This document shows positions 26,531-38,500 of a DNA stretch of 64,000 nt, piece after piece; position 1 is the first letter of the stretch, and each line of letters begins with the position of its first letter. The notes beneath the pieces were generated by a model. It had not been told where the DNA came from. It saw nothing but the letters and a program-made list of their open reading frames with translations, and did not search any database. This stretch comes from a bacterium (GTDB taxonomy: Bacteria > RUG730), in NCBI GenBank assembly GCA_031551405.1, contig JAVBNQ010000005.1, forward strand, positions 33,743 through 97,742. The letters run 5' to 3'. The translations under genes and the position numbers were made by a program.

Positions 26531-29500
26531 ATGTTTATAAAAAATTTAAAAATTACAAAATGTTTGGCGTCATTCTTGGTTGTAACGACTTTTACATGTT
26601 TTATCTTGAATGACTACACCTATGCCCAAACTCCTGCAAAAATATTGCCTTCTATCAGCGAATTACGTAAAGCAAGGGGATATGACAAAACTTTTACAAA
26701 CATCGGTTTTAGAGAAGAAATTGCGATTAATCAAAGCGCTGATTTATACGCTAAAAAAATGAACACAAATTATGCTAATCAGCAAACAAAAATTGAAAAC
26801 AATTTAAAAGCAAAAAAAGAATCTGCTTGGGCAACTGCCGAGAAAAAAACAAATGAAATAAAACAAACTGCCACATTAAATAGAGAACAATTAAATGTAA
26901 ACTATGCAAAAAATCTTGCAGATTACAAATCAACATATTCTGTTCAAAAAGCTAAACTTGCAAGCGATTTTGACATAAAAGTTGCACAAGTAGACAAAAA
27001 TTTGGCGAGGCTTAGAGACGTATCCGCAATAGCTGCAAAAAAAATTGATACTCAGTCCGGTATTAACAAAATAGGCAGCGTAGTAGCCTCTGGTATTATG
27101 AAACCTGTACAAGGGATTATGAGCGGTCTTACATCTGTAGTCGGTTTCTTTTCAGGAAAAGATAATAACCCTCTTACAAAAATAAATGACAAAATACAAA
27201 ACATTGATAAAGATTTGGCTGATTTAAAAAATTCTAAAAACGACAATATGGCTTCTATTCAAAAAAATACTGCTGATCAAATAAAAAATTTAGAGAAAAA
27301 AAAGAAAGATCTGCTTGAAGCTAAAAGTGCATCACTTACAAATATGGACAAAAGAAATGACGAAACTTTGGCAAATATGGAGCTTTCATTCAAAAATGAA
27401 ATAGAAGCCGTAAATAATCGTGAAAATTCTTACATAGCGAGTTTGGTGAATAGTACAACTGATGAACTTGCAAAACTAGACGGTGAAATAAAATCCAGAC
27501 TTGAAGATTTGTACACACTTACAAACTCAGAGCTGGAAAATTATTTATTTGGAGACGATGGCTTATTTAAGAAAGCTTATGAATACGATGACAAAACAGC
27601 CTTACGAAATTTAAAGTCTGATCAAGATAATTCCAATCGTGAAATTCAAACTGACGAAAAAAGCGGTGGTTATATTGGAAATTTAGCTAACTATATGGGA
27701 GTGGAAGAGCAAAAAAGGGCATTTGCAAGTAATCAATACTTAGAAAAAGCAGAAAAACTGCTTTTGTCAGGAGCTAGTGATGGTACGAGAAGAGCCGGTG
27801 AATTTGCTGCAGCAGCCGGTGTAGTTAGCAAAGATGCCCAAGTTTTGATGCCACGCGATTTTTCTGATGCAAGTTTGGCTCGAAGCGGCGCTATAGAGCT
27901 TAATATGGATCAAGGCGAAGCCGCAGGCACCGTCCGAGATAACAAAGTAGCAAATATAGACGCATCATTCTTAAAATCCCAGCAAGAACTTGCCGACTAT
28001 TCTGACAGCATAGTCAAATATTCCGACGAAGTTACCGGTTTTCTAGAGGATACAATCAACAATTTTGCTGATAATTCGAAAAATGAGATGAATGATTTTA
28101 CCAACAAAACGGTCAAAAAGAATGATGAAATCAATCAAAAAGAAATACAAGCGCTTTTGGCATTTGTAAAAGAACTGCAACAATATATGGATATGGTCTG
28201 GCCGGAGTCACAATCTGCAGGCTATGAGCGAGCTACTGAAGCATTAAAAGAAGCCGCTGAATTATACTTGAACGCGTCAATTGATACCCTTGCTATTATA
28301 CTTGCTGTAGTCTTAGGAATTGTCGGTGGATTAGTTGCGACTATTATAGGTGCAATATTTCTTATAACTACAGGAATTCCTATGATATTTTCCGGTATTT
28401 TAACTCCCTGCGGAATTGTACAGGTAGTGGCCGCTGTAGCTAGCTTAATAATCGGTATTACCGGAGTAGCTCTTGGTATTTGGGGAATTATATCAGCCAT
28501 AAGTGAACGTGAACAATTAAAAACTGCGCTCGAAATAGCAAGTAATAATGTCAAGGTTTTAAACGATTTGTTGCCGGATCCATCAAAAAAAGACTGGCCT
28601 GAGAACACACCTAGTGAGTACAAAGTTTTCATGGATGCAGAAAAAAATTATAATTCAGCTATGGGCCAATTTAAAGTAATGTTTTTCAGACGTTTCGGCA
28701 TAGAAGGCCTAAAAAAAGTCAGAAACAAAATAAACCAAATAAACAGGTTATTAGGAAAAAAAGGCATCTCTGGACTGACTCATGACGAATTATTAAAATT
28801 ACAAGAACTACTCTTTTTCTTCAAACCTGCTTCTAACGATAAACTCCTAAAAAGATCGATGGAAGGACTGAAAAATACTTTTAAATCATATCAAGAGGCT
28901 TTAGAAAACTTCAAAAAATCCACAAAGACTGTAACATACACATTAAAAGAGCTCAAAGATGGAAGCATTGTAGAAACTACTTACACAAAAACTATTTGGG
29001 AGGCTTATCAAGACAAACAATTTTGGGGAGTTGTCGCCAGCGAATTAGATATGGCTCTAAACAATGCATACGTATTTGATATCGACGCAAATGGAAATGT
29101 AATAAAAGTAGATAGATCTGATGGATCAACTTACACTGAAGAATATAAGGATCCAGAAACCGGAGAATGGAAAACAGTTACTAAGAAGGGTTGGAGTGGC
29201 TTTGCAAATAAAGCATCTCAATCTGGAGATCGTTTTTTTTCTGCTATAAATAATGGCTTCACTAAGTTTATAGATGCAACAGATGCATTCTTCTCTGGAG
29301 TAATATCTGGTGTAATATACGGGGTTACTTTTGGTCACGTCAAGGTAGATAAATTTCCTACTTGGGTCAAGGGGATAACGACATTTATTCCAAATTTCTT
29401 CAAAGCTATAGTAGATATGACTTTTATGGGATATAACCTCACCTTGCATCTTGCAAAAGGGTTATCTCAGAATGGTGTTTTGAAAGGTTTACAAGATTTT

Positions 29501-32500
29501 GCTCTCGGAATGGCCTCTTTCCCTCTTGGCATTATTGAAAATGCGATTGGTATGAAACAGGGAACATTCTTAGATCTATTCAAAGGAAAAACTCACAGTG
29601 CAAAAGAAATTTGGGGCGAAGGAGAATACTGGAATCCCGGAGCAGCTGCAGGAACTTTAGGTTTCACTATTGTTATGATGATGGGGAGCCCTTCCGGAGC
29701 TTCTTCTATAAAAGCTTTTGTTAGTAATATTAAATCAGCACTTTCGTCAATATGGAACGCTATTAAGTATGTTGCAGTGAATGGAATATGGGCCGGATTA
29801 AAAGCTTCTTTCAAAGTTGTCGGATCTGCTCTAGGAAAAATAATAAATTGGACGAAATCCCAATTCAATTTCAAAACCGTACTAGGGAATGGTTTTAAAG
29901 CCGGAGTTAGTGCAGTTTTACATAACGTTTTATCAGGTGTTAAAATTGGATTAGGGGGTTTAGGAATCGCTGCTGTAGCTGTCTTAGGCGCAGCAGGGAG
30001 TATAGCAGGTAGCATAGTATTTGGCTTAGGAAAGAGTTTACTTACAGCGACTAAAGCTCTTGCCACTACTGCCTCTAAATATCTTAAAAAATTCTATAAA
30101 GAATCTTCTATAAAAAGTCTATTTAAATGGGCTTCTAAACAAGTTACTCCTAGAAAAAGTGCAGGAGCATTGCTTGCAGCCATATTATTAACCCCTGTTT
30201 TAATCGTATCTCACGTATTAGGTATTACACAAGCCATAAAACAGCTTCATACAGGTTTTGTAGGTTTAAGAAAAGAATATAAAGCAATGCAAAAGGTATA
30301 CAATTCTACCGGTTCTTATGTACAAACACGAAATGGAATGCCTGTAAACTTAAGGACTCAATTCATTCAAAATACTATCTCTTATGGACTGCAAGTTCCT
30401 CAAGTTTTAATTAACACTGTTATGTCTGTAGCGTTAGCTCCCCTTCTTATCACTAGCCCCCTTCTTTTTATAGGAGTTAAAATAGGTCACGTTTTCTGGT
30501 CGGAAGTTATCTTAGGGCAGAGAAAATTACGGGCGATGCAAAAAGAGCAGCAAAAAGAGCAATCTCGTGGAGCCATCAACTCTCAAAAAACCCAAATTGA
30601 ATCCGAAACCAATGCTCAAGCAGTGCAAGCTTCAGCAAGAAATCTTCGTGATCACGCGAAAGCTTTCGGTATAGAAGTTTTCGACAAAACAGGAAAAAGC
30701 TTAGGAGTAGTTAGCTATAAAGTCTTCATGGAAAAAATGATTAGTGGAGAGATATCCAGCTTTGCAGTAAATCAAGGAGGCTCTAAAAACGCAATATCGC
30801 TTGGTATCGGAGCACGCGAAGCCTTGACTAGAGATTATTTGGCATCACGAGATAATGCCAGTTTAACAAGACTACTTGCCCGTAATAACGGTAATAATAA
30901 ACTAGAGGCTTTGGTCGCGGCAGAGCGAGTTCAACGAAGCACCATAATCTTAAGAGAATATAACGCACAAAGACAAAAATTAACAGGTCAGTCAGCTATT
31001 AATTTTCTAGAACAAATGCTTAATCAAAATAAGTTACGAAGCAAGGTGGCCACTTCTGCACAAAAAGCCTTTTTAAAAATGCAAAATGCAGCTATAAAAA
31101 CAGAGCTCGCAAATCTACATGCTCAAGCACTTGCTGCAAGAATAGAATTCTTATTTAGTCAATCTAAGCTTGATCCTAAGATTGTTGAGCTACTTGATTC
31201 TAATTTAGGAATATTAGATTTCTCAAAAATAAAAGCCGGTGGTCTAACACGTAATGCTGCAGAAACACTTGTAAGACAAATGGGAGATATTTTGGGAGTA
31301 GTTTCAAAAAAATATCAAGAGAGCTGTTCAACAGGAAACAAACAAATCATAAAAGACTCAAGCTCTGTAGTCTCAGCAAGATTTAAAGAAATAGTAAACA
31401 GCGAAAAATTTCAAGAAATTTTAAAGATTGCAAGCCTAGCAGAGAGGCAACAAAAAATAATGGATTATATGAAAGAGTTGAAAGCAGTTGAAAGCGCTAC
31501 TCCTCCAACTGCTTTGGAAAGACTAGTAATTGATAGGATGACGCAAGTTCTTAGAGATAATCCTTCAATTACTCCTAAACAGCTAGCAAAAATGGAAGTC
31601 CAACTGCAAAAAGAAACTGTTTTAGCTCTAGAAACCGGAGCTCTTGTTTATAACGGGTTTACAAGTTATAACAACATTGCTGACGGTATAAAACAACTAG
31701 GCGTGCGACCTGATTTAGAATTAAATAACCAAAGAAAAGCAGTGAAAGCTACGACGGCATTAAATGAAATTGAAATTACAGCTCATCATCAGACTGTTGT
31801 TAGCCAACTTAACGAAATCATAGCAATGAAACCTGAACTCTTCAGCAAGAACCAAGGTCCCGCAGAAGGAAGAATTGAGGCACGAAGAAAGGCTAATTCA
31901 GATTTTATAGCTTCAGTACGCGAAAAATATAAAAATGACCCAATTGGCAAAATACTTGCAAAAAGACTTGAGTTTTTATTGGAAATCAACGTTTACAACA
32001 ACCAAGGAATTTCTGCAAAGGATATGAAGAATTTCACAAGTCTCCTCAAAGAAGAAGTTACTTTCGCCTTAAAATCCGGCGATATAGTTCCTGCTAATGG
32101 GCGTTTTATCTCGCAAACTCAAATGGAGGCATACCTAAAAACTTTTGCAAGCGAAGCCGAACTTATGCGGCATGCACAAGAAACCTTCAAAGTTCAAAAA
32201 CAAAAAGAGGCTTTAGATAAAAAATATGAGGGGAAACAGTTTGAAAAATATTCTAGAAGCAAAAGAAACGCAGCCCAAGATTTAGTCAAAGAATGTCTTG
32301 TTATAGGAAATATGGGAGAAAAAGAAAGACAAACTGCTATTGAAGCTCTTCAAAAACAAATATCTGATATAAAAATTGAAAGAGACACCGAAAGTCCAAG
32401 CATGAGAAAATTATTAAATCGACAAGTTGATGCATTAGAAATGTTGGTAAGCTCAATAAAAAACAACGATGTTGCGAGGATAAAAGAGGCTGTAACAGCT

Positions 32501-35500
32501 TATTTTTCAAAGGGAGGAGCGAGCAGTAGCGTGACAGCTGAAGCTTTCGTAGCAAGTATAAAATCTGTTATAACCGTTACAGAAGCATTTGCTGAGAGAG
32601 TAGATCAACTAAGTCGAATTTCGAAGGATCACGAAATTCATAAGGCTGATGGAAAATTAAGCATGCAAGACTTCCAAAAAAGAGAGGTCGGTGCAGAAAC
32701 CAAAGCAACATTAGTAATCTTAAAGGCTCAACTGGACGCATTAAAAGACACCTCAACAAGGCCAATTAGTTTAGAAACTTATAAAGAATATGCTGCTTTA
32801 AGAGAAAAAATTGAAAAAAGCGATGCTTACAAAAATGCAACCACTGAACAAAGAACAGCTGCGACCACTGCAACAACACCACATGAAATACTGGCGGCCG
32901 CACTCAATCCACTAGAGGCTGTGACATATAATAAACTTATGGAACAATTTAAAGGCTTAGACTTAAAAAGTGAGCAAAGCTTTAGGGACAGCTTTAACCA
33001 AGCTATACGAGAGAAAATTAATTTGTTTGTAGCGGAAGCTGGATCTTCGATGCCAGTCGCAACAATAGTAGATTACTTACGAGGTAATCGCTCTCGTATC
33101 CCAACAGATCTAATGGCTAGTTTAGAGCAACAAATTGTTAATAAACTTAAAGGACGCGAGGCAGTAACAGCTAACGATCTTACTAGAGATCAGGCTTTAC
33201 TTGGAACTCTGCCTCAGTCTTCAATTAGAGAAGTGTTAGCTGCTCGTCCTGACTTGCATAGGCTGATACTTCAAAAAGAAATATCTTATTTGCAAGCAAA
33301 AGAAACTGTTCCTGCTGCTGTCCAAGAAGCGAATAGGCAAGTAAACGAAACCCTAAGTCTTACTGATGCAGCTGCTCTTGTCAAACTAAAAGAAACAATC
33401 GCAACAATTAGCGATCCGACTTTAAAAAAACAAATAACCGCACTTATTAAAGGCAAAGAATTAGGAAAAATTACTTTTGCGAGATTGAGCGAGTTAATCG
33501 AACAAACAAAATCAAGTCCGGAAGCCACTCAAGCGTTAAACTTGATTGTTTCCAGACGAATGAATCAGCTACAAACGTATAAGAACGCAGCCGGAAGTGC
33601 CCAAAAATCTGCCTCTAATGCTCTTATTGCCGAATATAAAAAACTAGAAGACTACATTATGAAAGGTGTAGAAAAAGCATCCGCTGGATATTTGGAAATT
33701 TTAAATAGAGAGCATCTACCTCTAATGGAAAAAATGTATAAAATAATGGAAGCAGCCGGTATTCCAAAAGCAGAGATTTCTACTTTTGATCTATCAACTG
33801 GCAAAATAGGAGATAAAACTTTTTATCAAAAAGTCCAGGAACTTGCCAGTGCAAAAAAATTAACTTCAGCCGAATATATTCAAAGAGAATTATTCGGAGA
33901 AAACCATCAACTAACACATCTTCAAGCTGACGCACTCAGAGTCGTAGGGTTAAAACTGATAGAAGGACATAACAAAATAGGTGACGGAACCATAACAGCC
34001 AGGACAGCTGCACTCACTGACCCTAACTTCAATTTTACACAAAAACAAATCTTGATGATGGCAGCCAATGACCAAGGAATGATTGCTGCTCTTGGAATGG
34101 GAGGAGGAAAAACCAGAGTTTATCCTACTGTAATAGGCTCTATGATGCAAAAAGGAATAGGCGGAGGTATTGGTGAAATTCTGGTTTCTTCAAAACAAGA
34201 AATCGCTAATATGTTAGGCAATAAAGATTACATGGAAACCTTTTATGGTGTTAAAATGCTTGATGGAACCAAGTTGCATGCAGAAAATAAATTAGGAGAA
34301 ACACTCGCCAGCCACAAAAGAGACGGTATAAAAGTCATAGTTGTCTTTGACTTAGAGACAAGAGGACATTTGTCTCACGAGATCAGAACTAATAAAAGCC
34401 TGCAAATCCTAGACAAAATAGATATTTTGGCTATTGACGAAGCTGATGCCTTATCTCTAAAACAACAATCTTTTATTAATGCAGAAAGGCTGCCAGCAAC
34501 CGATCTGATTAAAAACCAAGTAGCGAAGATTCTAGAAACTTACGAAAAATTGAAAGGTGAAGGTGCAGAAAAATTTGATGCTAAAAAAGGCGGATTTGCT
34601 GACAAAACCTTTTTGGATGCAATGTTGGCCGAGCTAAAAACCAACGCTGAATTCCAAAAAGATCAAAGCTCTTACCTTAAAAAATCACTTTTTAGTTTAA
34701 GTGACAAAGAATGGACCGGACAAACCAGCGCAATGATAACCCAAGTTTTGAGAGGTCGTGCCGAGGTGCTTTCCGGGGAAACAAAAGGTGGATTCAAAGT
34801 AGACACTGTTGGTGGTATTCAAGTCGGAGTTCAAGATGGAAACAACTACAACTCAGTTGCCGTTCAAATTATAGATGCATTCCAAAAAAATGCACCACAA
34901 GGAGTTACTTTCTCAATCGAAAGATTTAAAACAACGACAGGAGCGAGTGTATCAGAATTTGCTGCTACGGTTTCAAAAACTACGGTTGAATCTGCCGCGC
35001 AAGAAATTCTTACCAGGGCACCCGGAGTTAGATTGCACGTTTTCGGAGGGTCAGGAACAACAGGCGGCGCTAAACGTATCAGCGAAGCTGTCACTGCTCC
35101 GGTAGCAGAAATCTCCGAAGCCTCTTTTGCTAACTATGCGTTCAATACGCAAGTACAAAAACCCGGACAGCGAACAACAGATGTGGTGGCTGCATTTGCC
35201 GGGAAAGCCTTGGAGGGTAAATGGGGACGACTTATCATTCAATCGCAAGAGAATTTAGCAGAAAACCTCTTGGCTACAATAGAAAAAGTAGCAGGCCCGG
35301 AAGCTGCAGCAGCATTTAAAAATGCGGCTAGCACTAGCGGCAAAGTTGAACGAATCTCAGATGTACAATTCGCGATAGAAAAATTAGACTCAGCCTTTGT
35401 CGATCCGGTTTTCATAAAAGGACAAGGAGGTGGATTCATAAGTCTCAACCAAGCTATTACAGACGGGTTAGTAAGATCTAATGGGAAAAAGTTTTTTGAA

Positions 35501-38500
35501 ACAGTGTCTGGCAGAGAAGTCAAAGTAAGTTTAGGTGATATTTTAGCGTCTCCAACAGCAATGAGAGAATTGAATATCCCAGAAAATCATAGAGCAACTT
35601 TACAAAAAATCATAGTAATAGATCATTACACTAATCCTGAAAGCGTGAGTGGTCTAGCAAAAAATACTTCAGCAAATGGCAATATTGTCTTTTCTACTGC
35701 AAAAGCAGGCAGAGGCATGGATTTTAGAGGAAAAATGCAATTACTAGTCACGGATGTTGATTCGCTTGCAAAAAATGATTTCCTACAAATATCCGGACGT
35801 GTTGGTCGCGGTGAGTCCAGAGATGTATTCCATAGAACAGTTCTAGTCAATCCTACTCAACTAAAATCTACTTTTACGGAACAAATTGAAATTTTGCAAC
35901 AAAAAAAAGAATTCATGCAAAGCAGTACTCTAGGGAAAGAATTTATCGAACAAGGAGGCGGCCTTAAAGCTCCTCCTGCAGATAGGCAAATTACTCAATC
36001 AGAACAAGCATTCAGGGCAGAGTGGACGGAATTACAAAGTAACTTAAAAAGTTTAAAAATATATGAGAAACAGCTTGATAAAGGATCATTTACGCAAGCG
36101 TCATCCGCAGAAATGATCCGAGCCAGCACAATAATACAAGGAGAATTTAAATCCAACGGAGCAGCTCTTTATCAAATAGGCGAAGGCGTCAGGTCAGCGA
36201 TCCTAAAAATTCCTCTTGAAAGGATGAAAGCCAAAGCTGAAGCTATGGGTAATACTCATGACGCAGCTTTGATCCAACGCATAATAGATGAAATGATCAG
36301 AACAAACAAAGGAGCTACGGCAGATGCTTTGATCTTGCAAGAGTCCGGATGGAAAAATCCAAAAGAAGTTTTTGAAAAAATGATGAAAGCAAATTACGAG
36401 GCTGCCATTCAAATTTATAAAATGTTAGATGCAGTAAGAATCACAGATCCAAAAAGCATGATGGAAAAAGTAGCTTCACCTATTACAAGAAAAGTAGCAA
36501 TAGGTGAATTCAATGTTGGGTTACAAGATCCAACATTATTAAGAGAAGTTAGAACTCGTGTTTTGGATTTAGAACAAGGGAAAATGGAAGTCCAAGCAAT
36601 AGGCAAAAGAGATTGGTATGAAACCAGAGCTAAAGCAACTGAAAAAGCTAAATCCGGACAACTGACTACTTTATCAGAAATTAATTCAATGGATAACCCT
36701 CAAATAAGTCGTCAAGTCTTGGAAACCGTAACTTATGTAGCGAAAGATTTGAATCCTCAACGGAAAACTACGGCATCAGACTCATACGCTCCAAAACAAA
36801 CCGTAAGAATAGCCAACCAGGCTCTTACCGGCGTAAAAGGGACAGAAGCCGTAAGGGTAAATACCAGTAATGCAGGACAGCTGGTATCGTCTTTGGAGCA
36901 TTACAAGACAAAAGGCGATAGAATAGGTGCCATTGTTTTGACTAATAGACAACTCATAGCATTACAGCAAGATCCGATTGCTTATAAAAGATTCCAAGCC
37001 GAAATTGTAGCTACTACAGATTGGAAACATGGAGTATTCGCAACAGGACAAGCTAAAATTTTAATAGCAGACAGTGATCAAGATATAACCAATGGAAGAG
37101 CCAAGACGCTAGAACAAGCACTTGGACAAGCACAAGCTCTTAAACCACCTATTGTAACAAATGCCACTCAAATAGTTCTAGGCAGCTCATCTCAAGATAA
37201 GAAAAAAGACAAAGATTTACAAAAACTTTTTGAAATTCAAACAAGAGATTTGCGAGCAGGTATTGACCCTAAGCTTTGGGATGATTTGGATACTAATCTA
37301 GAAATCGCTATTGATAAACAACGATTTGATGCAATGCCAGAAAAGGCGAGACAAGAATTTATAGCACAATTGGGACGAGAAGCGCAATTACGAAGTGAAC
37401 GCGCTAGGGACGCTGGTAAAGATACCGGTCAAGTAACCGCAGTTTTGAGAGAGGAGGTAGTGGATACGAGTCTTAAGGGAAATCAAATCGCAACTTCCGT
37501 GCTCAGTAAGCTCTCGACACAGCCTACTGTTAGATCCGAAGCTCTTGCGCTGTTAATAGAAGCTCAAGAATCAGAAATAGCCAGACTAGAAAAAGAAAAG
37601 GGAGCAGCATCAGACCTAGAAAGCTTAGGCCTTGAAGCTTTATTTAATGAAGAAGCGCTTGTTACTAAAAAAGATCTTGAAGCCAAAATACAAGACCTTA
37701 AAGTCGAAAGACAAAAACTACTTGCCCTAGAAACTGAGGTAAGAATATTCGAAACTATGGATAAAATAATAGACACAAAAACAAACAAACAAGAAGCTTT
37801 GGCTTTAACAAAAAAAGCTCAGACTTTACTTCCTCAATTGGCAGCACAAATGGATAGATTAAATGACGAAGCACAAGCTCTTCAGACGCAAGTTCAAGTT
37901 ATAGGCCAAGAACTTTTAGATCAAGGGAACTTGGCTGTTCTCGCTAATATTGTAAGAGGAGACCAAGCGCCTCAAATCATACAACAATATACAACCCTTA
38001 GAGACGATAAAAATGAAGCTTTAAAAGATAAATTGCTTGCAATCGCTAGAACTGCAGCCCCTACTGAACAATCTAAAGTTATGACGCATTCAACACTACT
38101 CATGACTACTGATGCTACTGTTAATGCCGGATATGCAAAAATAGAAGAACAATACAGAAAAGACGTATTCCCAGGCGTTTATCAGCCTACTGTAAATGCT
38201 GATGCTAATGCTACGACTTCACCTCAACAGCCCGTTGTAGTTCAAAATGCCAGATTAGACTTGGCTCAACCTGCGATACTCAAAGATGCAAAAGCAAAAC
38301 TTAAAAATGAAGCGGAAGGAAACAAATCTACCTCTAGCCAAGGACCATCAACTGCTGCTAAAACACAATACACTTCTCTCGTGACCATGGAAGTACGCGA
38401 CAAACTTTTAACAGAAACAGGAGTCAGTCAGCTAGAAATCGTTATAAGTACAGAAGTCCAAGACGCTGCTGAAAAAGCTCTAAGAGATGGCGTACAAAAA

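Noticed and set aside
28222-30066. Minus-strand ORFs (28222..28632, 29126..29449, 29593..30066) inside the giant gene
   Set aside because: Antisense to the uninterrupted 14.2-kb ORF; no RBS context; shadow ORFs.
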